A stretch of 64,000 nucleotides of DNA from an uncultured Gammaproteobacteria bacterium (GTDB lineage Bacteria; Patescibacteriota; Patescibacteriia; UBA1558; S5-K13): assembly GCA_964640635.1 (NCBI GenBank), contig CAZXFD010000001.1, positions 17,273-81,272 on the forward strand. The letters are read 5' to 3'. The first letter of the stretch is position 1. Each line of letters starts with the position of its first letter. The notes under the pieces were generated by a model. It saw nothing but the letters and a program-made list of their open reading frames with translations. It had not been told where the DNA came from and did not search any database. Positions 1-9,963 of the stretch are shown piece by piece. The position numbers and the translations under genes are program-made.

Positions 1-3000
1 CTTTAAATAATGCATTTAGAACAGGCACAATAACTATAGAGTCTAGGGTTGTATCTACAACTTTGAATTTGAATTTGTTTGCTAGTTCAACTCTTCAAGT
101 AAGGCTAGGATGCTCAGTTTATAATTCAGATACAGATATCACAAGTAGGCAAACAAAATGTATTGATGAGTCGGGAACAACTCATCCTGGATTGACGTGT
201 TGTTGGAACTCTTCTTTAAATATGTGTATTAATGATGGAAGTCCTGTCTGCTCTCAGCCATATTTGAAATTAAAATCCTGTCAAAGAGATAGGGATGGCG
301 TAGTTATTTCACTTGGTTCTCCGTCTCCAATTACAAACATTACAAATGCCCCAACAGATGCTATTATTCACGCCCAGTTTAGCGGTAGAGGAGATGATTT
401 CTCTATGAATAAAAACACTTATGCAGGTGGAGTAGAGGTTTATTATTGCGGAAAAATATCTACTAGTAATTGTACTTTGGCTAATATTGGAACTACAGTT
501 TCAAATGATAGTGGAAATGATTTTGTCAATTATGGGCATACCAGTAATTTCGTTCCAAATGCTTGGTATAAAATTAAATTAAACGACTCTATTAAAGATA
601 ATAATGGAAATAGTCTTCAACCAGCACAATGGTATTTTAAAACAGCTTCAAGTACATGTCATGTTACGCAAGTAAATGTTGTTCCAAATCCTGTACAATT
701 ACCAGTATTAAGTAGTAAAAGAATAACAGCGCTTTGTTCTGACGACAGTTGTAATATTTGTGATTCGTCAGATTATCAATATTCTTGGGGGTCTAGAACT
801 CCATCTATAGCAAATGTATTAAATAGTAATGCAAATATTTCAACAACAACTGGTGTCTCTGTGGGTATGACTACAGTTAAAGTTGAGGTAAGTAAGGGTA
901 ATATACAAACTACTGGAAATGAAACAAATAGTGTATCAGTTAATAAAGATAGTTTTAGAATTTCAAATAGTGTAAATGTTATAGTTCAAGCAAATTGTAG
1001 TAGATTTAAAGACCTGGAAACATGTACAAATGGAGGTTGTTGTTTTAGCAATAATAGGTGTATATCAAATTTATCCACATGCAACTTTGGAAATTTTACA
1101 ATGAAATCATATTATCCAAGAATTGAGACTTGTCTTAATCCAATGATAAGGGCAGAGTTTGATGCAGTTGTAAATGGTGTTTCATTAAATATAGATAATG
1201 TAATTTTGGAAGATTTGAATAAAGAAACAAAGTGTAAAGATGACCCTCAGTCTATATGCTATGAAAAAGTACCAATTCAATTTTATTCTTACTCAAAATC
1301 AACAAGCACAAGTATAATAAATATTCAGATTATTCAAGCACTTCAACGAGAAAATAAATATAGAGTTAGATTGTTAAAATCCATAAGATCTATAGATGGA
1401 AAAAATTTGACTTGCGATGGTCCAGAATGTTCTTGGGAATTTAAAACAATTAATAGTCCATGTGAATTATCTTATGTAAATATAATAGATCCAGCAAATC
1501 ATTTTTATGAATATACTCAACCTAATGTGGAGAAAAATTTTATTGCTGAAGCAATAGATTCATTTGGTAATCCTATGGTCAGGGTAGATGGGTTTTATTC
1601 ATGGGATTGGCAATGGAGTTCACAAGATAATACTCTTGTAAATATTGTTGGATTAAATACAAATTTTTCAAGCACATTTAAATCTAATAATAAAAATGGA
1701 AACACAACTGTTACTATAAAAGCAAAAAAGAAAACCCCAGCAATTGGTTATACCGGAGAAGATATAAAAGATGAAGCAAATATTAGCTTGTTTATGTGTA
1801 ATAGTCCATGGATTTTTGAAGATTATGGATTTAGACTTAGGTATTGTATGGATGGTGGTCTCCCAGAATTGAATGATCGAAAAGATGCTGTTATTACAAT
1901 TACAAATGCACGAACCTCGGGTAACGGATTAATAAGAGAGTATATATTTAAATATAAAGAAGCAAAGCCAGTTGTATATTCTAACTTAGATTCTAAATCT
2001 AAAAAAGGAGTTTTATCTATTGCAACTGATAATAGATTAGGAGTAAAAATGTTTACTCAGGTTTTTGGAAGTATCTTTAATAATTTTGTTAGCAGGGTTT
2101 TAGCACAAAATTTGTCATATCAAGATGATTTGATAGGTATAAGAGTGTATGCAAATGACGATCATTTATCTCCTCGTGATTGGTATAGAAAAACAAATGA
2201 ATTTGATTTTAAGGGAAGTCCACAGGCAAAGAAAGTAGGTTTTTATGATGGTCTTATTGATGGTAGAACAACTTATATAAATGCTGGAAAAAAATCAATT
2301 TCTGTTGACGGAGCAATTGATATTCATACAGAAATTTATTTAATTTCAAAGAATCAAGACGCCTCCCCATTTACAAATAATATTTACGGTCAATTATTGG
2401 ATGGTTGGAAATTTAATGCGCAAGAAACTCTCATTGATCAAGAAAAAATAGCTCAAGACGTAAAAAGGTGGCAAGATTTAAGAACAATGGAAAATTCTTT
2501 GGAGTCCTATGCTAATTCAAATAAATTTTGTGCAAAAAAATTAGGTACATGTAGTCATTGCGCAGAGGGAAGTCTTAATTGTGATACATCTATTATTACT
2601 ATTGGAGGGGAGTGTTTTTCTATGTCTAATGTTAGCTGTAATTCAGATAGTGATTGTATTTTAAATCCATTAAATCTTCATAAATGCTTTAGAACCTACC
2701 CAGAACTTACAAGCGGTACATATATAAGAGGATTAACTAATTCATTGTGGGGCTCTTGGGATTCAAATTTGGGAGCAGCTTTGAAAACTACTTTACCAAA
2801 AGATCCAGAAAATAAATTTGGAAATTGTCAGGTAGATTGTCCTACTTGTGACGAAACAACGTGCTTTGATGATAAGAATAAAATTTTTAATTGTCCTACA
2901 GGCTCAAAAGTATATTATTATAAAGTGGGAACATATCAATCTAGTGCAATAAAATCTTTGAATTATTCAATATATTCTTTATTTAATTATTCAGATAAAT

Positions 3001-3104
3001 CAATGTGGTCTGGTAATAATGATGCTAAATTTTCTAATAATAAAATAGAGATATCAAATGATGGCGTTTGTGATGGAGAATCTGAGACAAATATGTATCA
3101 ATAA
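1..3104 (+). CDS. Large secreted cysteine-rich surface protein with a bacterial Ig-like (Big_2-like) segment; the 5' end is cut off by the window edge
   Basis: The frame of the listed ORF 63..3104 stays open back to position 3, so the N-terminus lies upstream of the window. More than 1000 aa, Cys- and Asn-rich, with repeated C-x-C and CC motifs. The segment around VKVEVSKG resembles Big_2 Ig-like domains. There is no C-terminal membrane anchor. Confidence 0.6.
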   Translation, partial: LNNAFRTGTITIESRVVSTTLNLNLFASSTLQVRLGCSVYNSDTDITSRQTKCIDESGTTHPGLTCCWNSSLNMCINDGSPVCSQPYLKLKSCQRDRDGVVISLGSPSPITNITNAPTDAIIHAQFSGRGDDFSMNKNTYAGGVEVYYCGKISTSNCTLANIGTTVSNDSGNDFVNYGHTSNFVPNAWYKIKLNDSIKDNNGNSLQPAQWYFKTASSTCHVTQVNVVPNPVQLPVLSSKRITALCSDDSCNICDSSDYQYSWGSRTPSIANVLNSNANISTTTGVSVGMTTVKVEVSKGNIQTTGNETNSVSVNKDSFRISNSVNVIVQANCSRFKDLETCTNGGCCFSNNRCISNLSTCNFGNFTMKSYYPRIETCLNPMIRAEFDAVVNGVSLNIDNVILEDLNKETKCKDDPQSICYEKVPIQFYSYSKSTSTSIINIQIIQALQRENKYRVRLLKSIRSIDGKNLTCDGPECSWEFKTINSPCELSYVNIIDPANHFYEYTQPNVEKNFIAEAIDSFGNPMVRVDGFYSWDWQWSSQDNTLVNIVGLNTNFSSTFKSNNKNGNTTVTIKAKKKTPAIGYTGEDIKDEANISLFMCNSPWIFEDYGFRLRYCMDGGLPELNDRKDAVITITNARTSGNGLIREYIFKYKEAKPVVYSNLDSKSKKGVLSIATDNRLGVKMFTQVFGSIFNNFVSRVLAQNLSYQDDLIGIRVYANDDHLSPRDWYRKTNEFDFKGSPQAKKVGFYDGLIDGRTTYINAGKKSISVDGAIDIHTEIYLISKNQDASPFTNNIYGQLLDGWKFNAQETLIDQEKIAQDVKRWQDLRTMENSLESYANSNKFCAKKLGTCSHCAEGSLNCDTSIITIGGECFSMSNVSCNSDSDCILNPLNLHKCFRTYPELTSGTYIRGLTNSLWGSWDSNLGAALKTTLPKDPENKFGNCQVDCPTCDETTCFDDKNKIFNCPTGSKVYYYKVGTYQSSAIKSLNYSIYSLFNYSDKSMWSGNNDAKFSNNKIEISNDGVCDGESETNMYQ

Positions 3105-3199
3105 AATTTCTATTTTATCAATTGTCTAATTTGTGTTATAATAAAATCACCTAAATGGGTGATTTTATGTTTGAAGGACTAAGTTGAAGTCGAGACATA

Positions 3200-4321
3200 T
3201 TGAACAATAAAATAGTTCAAGATAATATGAATAATTTTTCTACAGATCAAGATTCTTTATTGAAAGATGAGGCACAAAAGTATAAGGCCGATGATATTTT
3301 TTTAGATACAGATTATTCCTCGTCTTCTAATGTTATAAAACCAGGTGGTATTGCACCAAAGTCCCCAATTACAAATTATCGAGAATTAGTTAGTGAAATA
3401 GATAATTCTCAAGCAGATAAAATTAGGCCAAAATATTTTTTTATAGGATTGATTGTTCTAGTTTTAATTTTTGCATCTATAGGTTTTTATATATATAGTA
3501 AGTTTTTTATAAAGAAAAATGATTCTGGTCAAATATTTATAGATAATAATTCTCAAATAGAGAATCTTTTAAGCAAAGATGCAACAAGTAGTTTGTCTTT
3601 TGAGTCTAATTCAAGTCAGATTGTTATAAATGAAGATTCGGATAGTGATGGACTTAGCGACCAAGAAGAAAATATCTTTAAAACAGATAAAGATAAGATA
3701 GATACAGATGATGATGGGCTTTCTGATAAAGATGAAGTCAAAATGTATAAAACAGATCCATTGAATAGAGATTCGGATGGAGATAATTATTTAGATGGAG
3801 AAGAAGTAAAAAATGGATATGATCCAATGGGTCTAGGGAAACTTTTGAATTTTGATTTTTTAAACTCAAATTCAGAAAATGAGTCTATTTCTTTTAGTGT
3901 TGATATGGCAAATTGGGTAAGTATTAATTCTTATATCGAGTCTTTAAAAAATACATCTTTTTCTAATCCAATATATGATTTTAAATATCCAAATAATTTA
4001 GTAGTATCTATAGATGATAAAAAAATTATTTTATCTGGTGTAGATTTTAAAGTTTATTTTGAGGTAAGAGACAATAAATTAGAGCTTGATTTAAGTGATT
4101 GGGTGATGACTCAAAATGAATTTTCTTTATCTTCTAATAATTCTACTAATATAGCTAGCTTGGAAGCAATGATAGCTACTAGCGCTGGCACAGATTTCAA
4201 AAAAATTATTTTTATAGCAGACAAATCATCTGTTTATATATTTAAGTATATTGGCGATGTTGCTTTATTGGACAATATGAATATTTTCAAGTCTATCGCA
4301 TCTTCATTTAGTATAAAATAA
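3200..4321 (+). CDS. Membrane-anchored protein with thrombospondin type-3-like Ca-binding repeats
   Basis: An N-terminal hydrophobic helix (FFIGLIVLVLIFASIGFYIY) is followed by three DxDxDGxxDxxE repeats (DSDSDGLSDQEE, DTDDDGLSDKDE, DSDGDNYLDGEE) and then YDPMGLGKLL. The listed start is TTG; an ATG at 3227 is an alternative. Confidence 0.55.
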   Translation: MNNKIVQDNMNNFSTDQDSLLKDEAQKYKADDIFLDTDYSSSSNVIKPGGIAPKSPITNYRELVSEIDNSQADKIRPKYFFIGLIVLVLIFASIGFYIYSKFFIKKNDSGQIFIDNNSQIENLLSKDATSSLSFESNSSQIVINEDSDSDGLSDQEENIFKTDKDKIDTDDDGLSDKDEVKMYKTDPLNRDSDGDNYLDGEEVKNGYDPMGLGKLLNFDFLNSNSENESISFSVDMANWVSINSYIESLKNTSFSNPIYDFKYPNNLVVSIDDKKIILSGVDFKVYFEVRDNKLELDLSDWVMTQNEFSLSSNNSTNIASLEAMIATSAGTDFKKIIFIADKSSVYIFKYIGDVALLDNMNIFKSIASSFSIK

Positions 4322-4323
4322 GT

Positions 4324-5631
4324 ATGTTTGAAGAAAAACAAAATCAAAATATAGATACAAATATGGATCAAGCTCAAAAAGTTTTTGACAGTTTAGAATC
4401 AGAGAAAGAATTAGAAATCAATGATGATAATATTCACTCTATGCCAGAGAGATTTTTAATGCCCTCTGAAATGAAGTCTGGAAAAAATAATGCAGGACTT
4501 ATTATTTTGATAGTTGTGGTTTTGTTAGTAGTCTTAGCTGTCGCAGGATTTGCTTTTTATGTTTTTTATGATAACAAAAAAACTTCTGATCAGGATATTT
4601 TAAATGTAGAACAAAACACTACAACAACTCAAGAAATCATTGATATTAATACACAAGATAATTTACAAACTCCAGAATTGAGAGATAAAAAAAGATTAGA
4701 TGATGTTTTGGAAATAAGAACAGCGCTGAGTTTGTATTTTAAAGAACAAGGAAAGTATCCAAATTCACTATTTGATTTGTCATCTTATCTAACAACTATT
4801 CCAATAAATCCATCGCCAGGCGGGGAGTCTTATAATTATCAAGTTAAAGATGCTAATAAAGACTATATAGTTACATTTGCTTTTGAGGGAAATATTGAAA
4901 ATGGAAATCTCATTTTTAATTCTGGAAAATATCAATTAGGCCCTATTTTCGGAATAGAGCCATATAAAGAAGTTCAAAACAATGAAGATCAGGACTCGAT
5001 TGATAATGATAATAATATTCCAGACGATGTTAATGCCGACAATAACCAACAAATGCCTATTATTCCCCCAAAAGGAACTGACACTGATGATGATGGACTT
5101 ACAGATGCAGAAGAGATTATTTTTCAAACAAATGTGGATTTAGTAGATACAGACTCAGATACCTACAATGATAAAGAAGAAATTCTTAATTTATATGATC
5201 CAACAAAGATAGACGGAAAATTATTAGAAAATATTTCATTGGCAAGGGTTTTTATTGAAGAAGAATTAAAGTATTCTTTTGTTTATCCAGCAAAGTGGAT
5301 GGCTCAAACAAAAGATAAAGAAACAAGGGATGTTATGATTTTTGAAGCAGAGAATAAGGATTTTATAAAAATTCAGGCAAAAGATAATCCACAAGAATTG
5401 TCTGCAAAAAATTGGTATTTAAACACCTCTCCAGAAGTTAATCCAGACGATTTGAGTAATTACAAAAACAGGAATAATCTTGTCGGAGTTAAATCAAAAG
5501 ATGGTTTAAATGTTTATATTTCAACTGGTAACAAAATTTACATAATATCTTATATTTCAATAGATACAGTGAAGTTAAATTATCAGTCCATATTTGATTT
5601 GATTGCAAACACCTTCAAAATTTCAATTTAA
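4324..5631 (+). CDS. Membrane-anchored TSP3-repeat protein, a paralog of the preceding gene, carrying a pseudopilin (GspG)-like segment
   Basis: A TM helix (GLIILIVVVLLVVLAVAGFAFYVFY) is followed by RLDDVLEIRTALSLYFKEQGKYPNS, which fits the R..L.D...I..AL..Y...G.YP pattern of GspG/pseudopilins. There is no canonical prepilin cleavage motif. TSP3 repeats DTDDDGLTDAEE and DTDSDTYNDKEE are followed by YDPTKIDGKLL. The C-terminus is similar to that of the 3200 gene. Confidence 0.55.
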   Translation: MFEEKQNQNIDTNMDQAQKVFDSLESEKELEINDDNIHSMPERFLMPSEMKSGKNNAGLIILIVVVLLVVLAVAGFAFYVFYDNKKTSDQDILNVEQNTTTTQEIIDINTQDNLQTPELRDKKRLDDVLEIRTALSLYFKEQGKYPNSLFDLSSYLTTIPINPSPGGESYNYQVKDANKDYIVTFAFEGNIENGNLIFNSGKYQLGPIFGIEPYKEVQNNEDQDSIDNDNNIPDDVNADNNQQMPIIPPKGTDTDDDGLTDAEEIIFQTNVDLVDTDSDTYNDKEEILNLYDPTKIDGKLLENISLARVFIEEELKYSFVYPAKWMAQTKDKETRDVMIFEAENKDFIKIQAKDNPQELSAKNWYLNTSPEVNPDDLSNYKNRNNLVGVKSKDGLNVYISTGNKIYIISYISIDTVKLNYQSIFDLIANTFKISI

Positions 5632-5635
5632 TTTT

Positions 5636-6055
5636 ATGTACGATATTAATATTCTAATAAAAGATTTTGAGATAGAGAAATATTTTAAGAAAAATGTTGA
5701 TAAAATACTCAAAAATGAAAAAATAAAAAAAGATCAGATTTCAATTGTTATTATAGATGATGTTTTAATGAAAAAATTAAATAGTAAGCATAGGAACAAG
5801 AAAACAACAACAGATGTGCTTAGTTTTGTAGAAAAAGATATAAAAATAACATTTCCTCAAAAAGATAATTATTTAGGAGAAATATTTATTAGTTATAATC
5901 AGGCAAAAAAACAAGCAAAAGATATAAAAAAAGAAATGTTAGATTTGTTTGTTCACGGATATTTACATTTAAAAGGTTATGTTCACGATAGCGAGGAGCA
6001 ACTCGTTGTCATGAATAGAGCTTCAAATAGGATAATAAAAAAATTGTGTTTATAA
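5636..6055 (+). CDS. ybeY: Endoribonuclease YbeY (rRNA maturation factor)
   Basis: The HGYLHLKGYVH motif matches the H-x3-H-x5-H metal site of YbeY, and the size (about 140 aa) fits. The start is taken at ATG 5636 (MYDINIL) because the listed 5603 start overlaps the upstream gene. Confidence 0.7.
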   Translation: MYDINILIKDFEIEKYFKKNVDKILKNEKIKKDQISIVIIDDVLMKKLNSKHRNKKTTTDVLSFVEKDIKITFPQKDNYLGEIFISYNQAKKQAKDIKKEMLDLFVHGYLHLKGYVHDSEEQLVVMNRASNRIIKKLCL

Positions 6056-6098
6056 AATTTTAAAATATATAATTAATAGATAATAATTTGCATACTAT

Positions 6099-7340
6099 AT
6101 GAAAAGAAATCAAATAATTACAGGATTAGACATAGGATCTAATTTAATCAAGGTTGCTGTTGCTCAAATACAGGCAGAAGATAACTCTATAAACATAATA
6201 GGGGCATCTGAATATCCATCAAGAGGAATTGTTGGGGGTAATATTGTAAGCACAGAAGATGTTGTAAATTCTATTTCTTCGGCACTAGAAAAAGTAGAAA
6301 GAGTTATAGGAGCTCCTATAGAAAGAGTTGTTATTAGTGTTTCTGGACCAAATATTAAATCTATTAATAGTCAAGGCGTCGTTGCCGTTGCTAAAGCTGA
6401 CGGGGAAATAAAATATGAAGATATAGATAGGGTTTTAGATGCTGCTCAAACAGTTGCAGTGCCAGCAAATTATGAAATATTACATGTTATACCGCGTCAC
6501 TATAAAATAGATAATCAAGATGATGTTAAAGATCCAATAGGAATGAGTGGGGTAAGACTTGAGGTAAATGCGCAGATTATTATGGCATTATCATATCAGA
6601 TAAAAACACTCACTAAGTGCATTTATAGAACAAGTGTCGATATAAAGGACATGGTTTTTGGAATACTTGCAGACGCAGAAGCTGTGTTGAGTAGAGAACA
6701 AAAAGAGCTCGGTGTAGTTTTGATAAATATAGGTTCATCAACTACTGGTGTTGCAGTTTTTGAAGCAGGAGATCCAATTCATGTTGCAGTACTACCAATA
6801 GGTTCTTCTCACATAACAAATGATTTAGCTATTGGCCTTAGAACATCAATCAAAGTAGCAGAGCAAGTAAAAATAAATGAAGCAACTTGTCTTGTTGAGC
6901 AGGTAAAAAAGAGAGATGAGGTAGATATTGGATTATTTGATCCAGAAGATGATAAAAAAGTTATGGTTGCTAGATCTGAGATATCAAAGATTACAAGAGC
7001 AAGAGTTGAAGAAATATTAGATCTTGTGGGCCGTGAACTAAAAAAGGTTGAAAGATTTGGAATGCTTCCAGCGGGAGTTGTTCTTACGGGCGGAGGATCT
7101 AAGTTGAATGGATTAGTAGATCTTGCAAAAACAGAATTAAAGCTACCTGTATTTTTAGCAAAACCACATAGAGTAAATTCAATTACGGATAAAATATATG
7201 ACTTGAGCTATAGTAATGTTTTGGGTTTAATTTTGTGGGATTCTAAAAATAATCATTCTTTTAAAGGTTTAGGAATCTCAATAAATACAAGTGGTATTAC
7301 ATCAAAAATTACTAAATTGTTTAAATCAATTATCCCATAA
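6099..7340 (+). CDS. ftsA: Cell division protein FtsA
   Basis: Actin-fold N-terminus ITGLDIGSNLIKVAVAQ, about 410 aa, immediately upstream of ftsZ. Confidence 0.85.
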   Translation: MKRNQIITGLDIGSNLIKVAVAQIQAEDNSINIIGASEYPSRGIVGGNIVSTEDVVNSISSALEKVERVIGAPIERVVISVSGPNIKSINSQGVVAVAKADGEIKYEDIDRVLDAAQTVAVPANYEILHVIPRHYKIDNQDDVKDPIGMSGVRLEVNAQIIMALSYQIKTLTKCIYRTSVDIKDMVFGILADAEAVLSREQKELGVVLINIGSSTTGVAVFEAGDPIHVAVLPIGSSHITNDLAIGLRTSIKVAEQVKINEATCLVEQVKKRDEVDIGLFDPEDDKKVMVARSEISKITRARVEEILDLVGRELKKVERFGMLPAGVVLTGGGSKLNGLVDLAKTELKLPVFLAKPHRVNSITDKIYDLSYSNVLGLILWDSKNNHSFKGLGISINTSGITSKITKLFKSIIP

Positions 7341-7387
7341 TAAATTAATTTTTCTTGAATTAAATAAATTAAGAAAGGAACAACACA

Positions 7388-8662
7388 ATGTCACGAAGCA
7401 AAGAAATAAAGCCAGAAATTGAAACTTTTGCAAAAATAAAAGTGGTTGGAGTTGGTGGTTCTGGCGGATCAGCTATAAATAGAATGGTAGGAGAGGGTAT
7501 AAAAGGTGTTGAGTTCATAGCTGTAAACACTGATGCTCAGGCTCTTAGTATGTCTCAAGCAAAACATAAAATACAAATTGGAATAGAAACAACAAGAGGA
7601 CTTGGCGCTGGAATGGATCCAGAAGTTGGATTTAGATCTGCAGAAGAAAGTTCTGAAGAAATTGAAAAAGCGCTAGGTGGCGCAGACATGGTTTTTATTA
7701 CTTGTGGTCTTGGTGGTGGAACTGGTACTGGTGCAGCTCCTGTTATAGCAGATATTGCAAAAAATACTGGTGCGCTTACTGTGGGAATCATAACAAAGCC
7801 ATTTAGTTTTGAAGGCGCTCAAAGAAAATCCATATCAGAAAGAGGATATAATGAGTTAGAAAGTCGAGTTGATACTATTATTAATATTTCAAATGATAGA
7901 ATATGGAACGTGTTAGATAGAAAAATTTCTTGGCAAGAAGCTCTTCGAGCTGTAGATGGGGTGCTTCATCAAGGAATTCAGGGAATATCAGAGATAATTA
8001 CAATTCCTGGTATGATTAATGTCGACTTTGCAGATGTAAAAGCTATTATGTCAGATGCTGGATCTGCACTTATGGGCATAGGTCGTGCAAGTGGAGAGGA
8101 TAGGGCTAAAAAAGCTGCAAAAGAAGCAATAGATTCACCGCTATTAGATGTATCTATCGCGGGTGCAAAAGGAATATTATTTACCGTAACTGGTGCATCA
8201 GACTTAGCAATGTTCGAAGTAAATGAAATAGCAGAGATTATTACAGCATCAGCAGATGGAAATGCAAAAATTATATTTGGAACAGTAATTGATGATTCTA
8301 TGAAGGGCGAGATAAAGGTAATGGTTATAGCTACTGGATTTGAAAGTTTTGACATAAAAGATTCAAAAACAGCAGGTTTCCAATATATGCCAAATAGATA
8401 TGTTAGTTCTATGAATAATATTGAGAATAAAAAATCATCTCAAGATTTCTTAGACAAAGACACTGAATCAGATGACAACAAGCAAGAAAAAGAAGAGGAT
8501 TATTTTGAAGATGAGGTAGAGGCAGAAGACATTTCTTTCAAATTTAGAAATGACAAATTTCAAAATAATAATTATAACGATAATAATGATGCCAATATTG
8601 TCCCAGAGACAAATAGTGAGTTAGATATCCCAGCATTTTTAAGAAGAAAAATCAAATCATAA
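7388..8662 (+). CDS. ftsZ: Cell division GTPase FtsZ
   Basis: Tubulin signature [13 protein letters not shown], an N-terminal [15 protein letters not shown] stretch, an acidic/Asn-rich linker and a C-terminal DIPAFLRRK peptide. RBS aagaaaggaa lies upstream. Confidence 0.95.
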   Translation: MSRSKEIKPEIETFAKIKVVGVGGSGGSAINRMVGEGIKGVEFIAVNTDAQALSMSQAKHKIQIGIETTRGLGAGMDPEVGFRSAEESSEEIEKALGGADMVFITCGLGGGTGTGAAPVIADIAKNTGALTVGIITKPFSFEGAQRKSISERGYNELESRVDTIINISNDRIWNVLDRKISWQEALRAVDGVLHQGIQGISEIITIPGMINVDFADVKAIMSDAGSALMGIGRASGEDRAKKAAKEAIDSPLLDVSIAGAKGILFTVTGASDLAMFEVNEIAEIITASADGNAKIIFGTVIDDSMKGEIKVMVIATGFESFDIKDSKTAGFQYMPNRYVSSMNNIENKKSSQDFLDKDTESDDNKQEKEEDYFEDEVEAEDISFKFRNDKFQNNNYNDNNDANIVPETNSELDIPAFLRRKIKS

Positions 8663-8669
8663 AATATAT

Positions 8670-9116
8670 ATGAAGTGTCCAATTTGTCCAGCTACAACAA
8701 AGGTTTTAGATTCTCGTATTGCAACAGATGATGTAACAGTAAGAAGAAGACGAGAGTGTCTTGAGTGTGGTTTTCGTTTTTCAACAATTGAAGAAATAGA
8801 AATTTTGGACTTAAAAATTATAAAAAGAGATGGAAAAAGAGAGCTTTATAATAAAGAAAAATTAAAATCAGGTATTAAAAAGGCACTTGAAAAAAGAGAG
8901 CATAATGAAGAAGAAATAGCTCAGCTTTTGAGAGACATAGAAATGGATTTACAGAAAATGAAAAAGGAGGAAATAGAGTCATCTGTCATAGGTGAATTTG
9001 TTATGGATCATCTAAAAAAATTTGATAAAGTCGCATATATTAGATATGCCTCTGTTTATAGATCTTTTGAAGATGTAAATATGTTTAAAAAAGAATTAAA
9101 GAATTTAGAAAAATAA
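8670..9116 (+). CDS. nrdR: Transcriptional repressor NrdR
   Basis: Zn-ribbon MKCPICPATTKVLDSR...CLECGFRFST followed by an ATP-cone; 148 aa. Confidence 0.9.
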   Translation: MKCPICPATTKVLDSRIATDDVTVRRRRECLECGFRFSTIEEIEILDLKIIKRDGKRELYNKEKLKSGIKKALEKREHNEEEIAQLLRDIEMDLQKMKKEEIESSVIGEFVMDHLKKFDKVAYIRYASVYRSFEDVNMFKKELKNLEK

Positions 9117-9157
9117 TATGATCAGCTACATAGCTATGTAGCTAATAGACTAATTCC

Positions 9158-9430
9158 ATGGAAGAACAACAACCAAAAGATAGAATAGAGGAGTTATTAG
9201 AAGAAAATTTGAAGTTAAATAGAGAAATTTATGATACTTGTGTTAAAGTAAAAAAATACATGTTTGCTTCTCAGATTTATAGTATTGTAAAGATTTTTTT
9301 TATAGTAATTCCAATAGTTGTTGCAATTATTTTTTTATTACCACTTTTTAGTCAGGTCAGTCCATATATAAAGGAGTTAATGGGACCATTAAAATCTGGT
9401 AATGCAGATATTCAATCTTTTATTAAATAA
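9158..9430 (+). CDS. Small membrane protein, unknown function
   Basis: 90 aa with a single C-terminal hydrophobic helix; followed by a hairpin and a T-run. Confidence 0.35.
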   Translation: MEEQQPKDRIEELLEENLKLNREIYDTCVKVKKYMFASQIYSIVKIFFIVIPIVVAIIFLLPLFSQVSPYIKELMGPLKSGNADIQSFIK

Positions 9431-9453
9431 ATTTAATTAAAAAAATATTTTGA

Positions 9454-9485
9454 TTCGAGGTTTAAGCTCGGGTTTGTTTTTTTTC
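9454..9485 (+). terminator. Weak rho-independent terminator
   Basis: ttcgagg-tttaag-ctcggg followed by tttgttttttttt. Confidence 0.4.
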
Positions 9486-9590
9486 TTACTCAAAACTTTA
9501 ATTTTATGGTAAAATATAATTATAGTATATTGATTTAATACTTCTATTTTGTCATATTGTTTGGCAAATTATAGCAAATTTATTTTATAA

Positions 9591-9962
9591 ATGAACACAG
9601 AAAACAAAAATAAAGTTTTACAGCCAGTTATTGTAGATATGATTTGGGGAGTTGTTTATTTCCCTATTTGGTGGTATTCAAAAGGTCTTATAAGAGCTTT
9701 TCGTTTTTGTTTTGGAAAAATTGCAGAATATTGGAAATTAAGAGGGTTTGCTATATCTATAAAATTTCTTTTTAGACCAATGTATTTGCAAAATGATTTT
9801 TGGGGTAGAATTATTAGTTTTTTTATAAGATTATTTGTTCTGATATTTAAATTAGTATTGTTTTTATTGGTCTCAATTATATTTATAAGCGTTTTCTTGT
9901 TATGGACATTGTTACCTATTATAGCTATTTATAAAATTTATATTAATATTATAAAAGTATAA
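9591..9962 (+). CDS. Small multi-pass membrane protein, unknown function
   Basis: 123 aa, with hydrophobic segments and Trp-rich loops. Confidence 0.35.
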   Translation: MNTENKNKVLQPVIVDMIWGVVYFPIWWYSKGLIRAFRFCFGKIAEYWKLRGFAISIKFLFRPMYLQNDFWGRIISFFIRLFVLIFKLVLFLLVSIIFISVFLLWTLLPIIAIYKIYINIIKV

Positions 9963-9963
9963 A

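Noticed and set aside
4936-5127. Minus-strand 63-aa ORF inside the 4324 gene, and similar antisense ORFs embedded in longer genes: 7555-7791, 7978-8355, 11976-12203, 13770-14042, 15465-15967, 16974-17441, 19137-19480, 20414-20662, 25921-26868, 33585-34318, 37351-37572, 38620-39279, 40620-41248, 43412-43904, 45260-45611, 48347-49144, 49972-50463, 52129-52595, 59354-60799 and 62015-62215.
   Set aside because: All lie entirely within well-supported longer genes on the opposite strand or in an alternative frame. They have low-complexity translations and no RBS, and are artefacts of AT-rich sequence.
5603-5635. N-terminal extension of ybeY (MQTPSKFQFNF...) overlapping the upstream gene
   Set aside because: The overlap with the preceding CDS and the internal ATG at 5636 (MYDINIL) argue for the shorter start.
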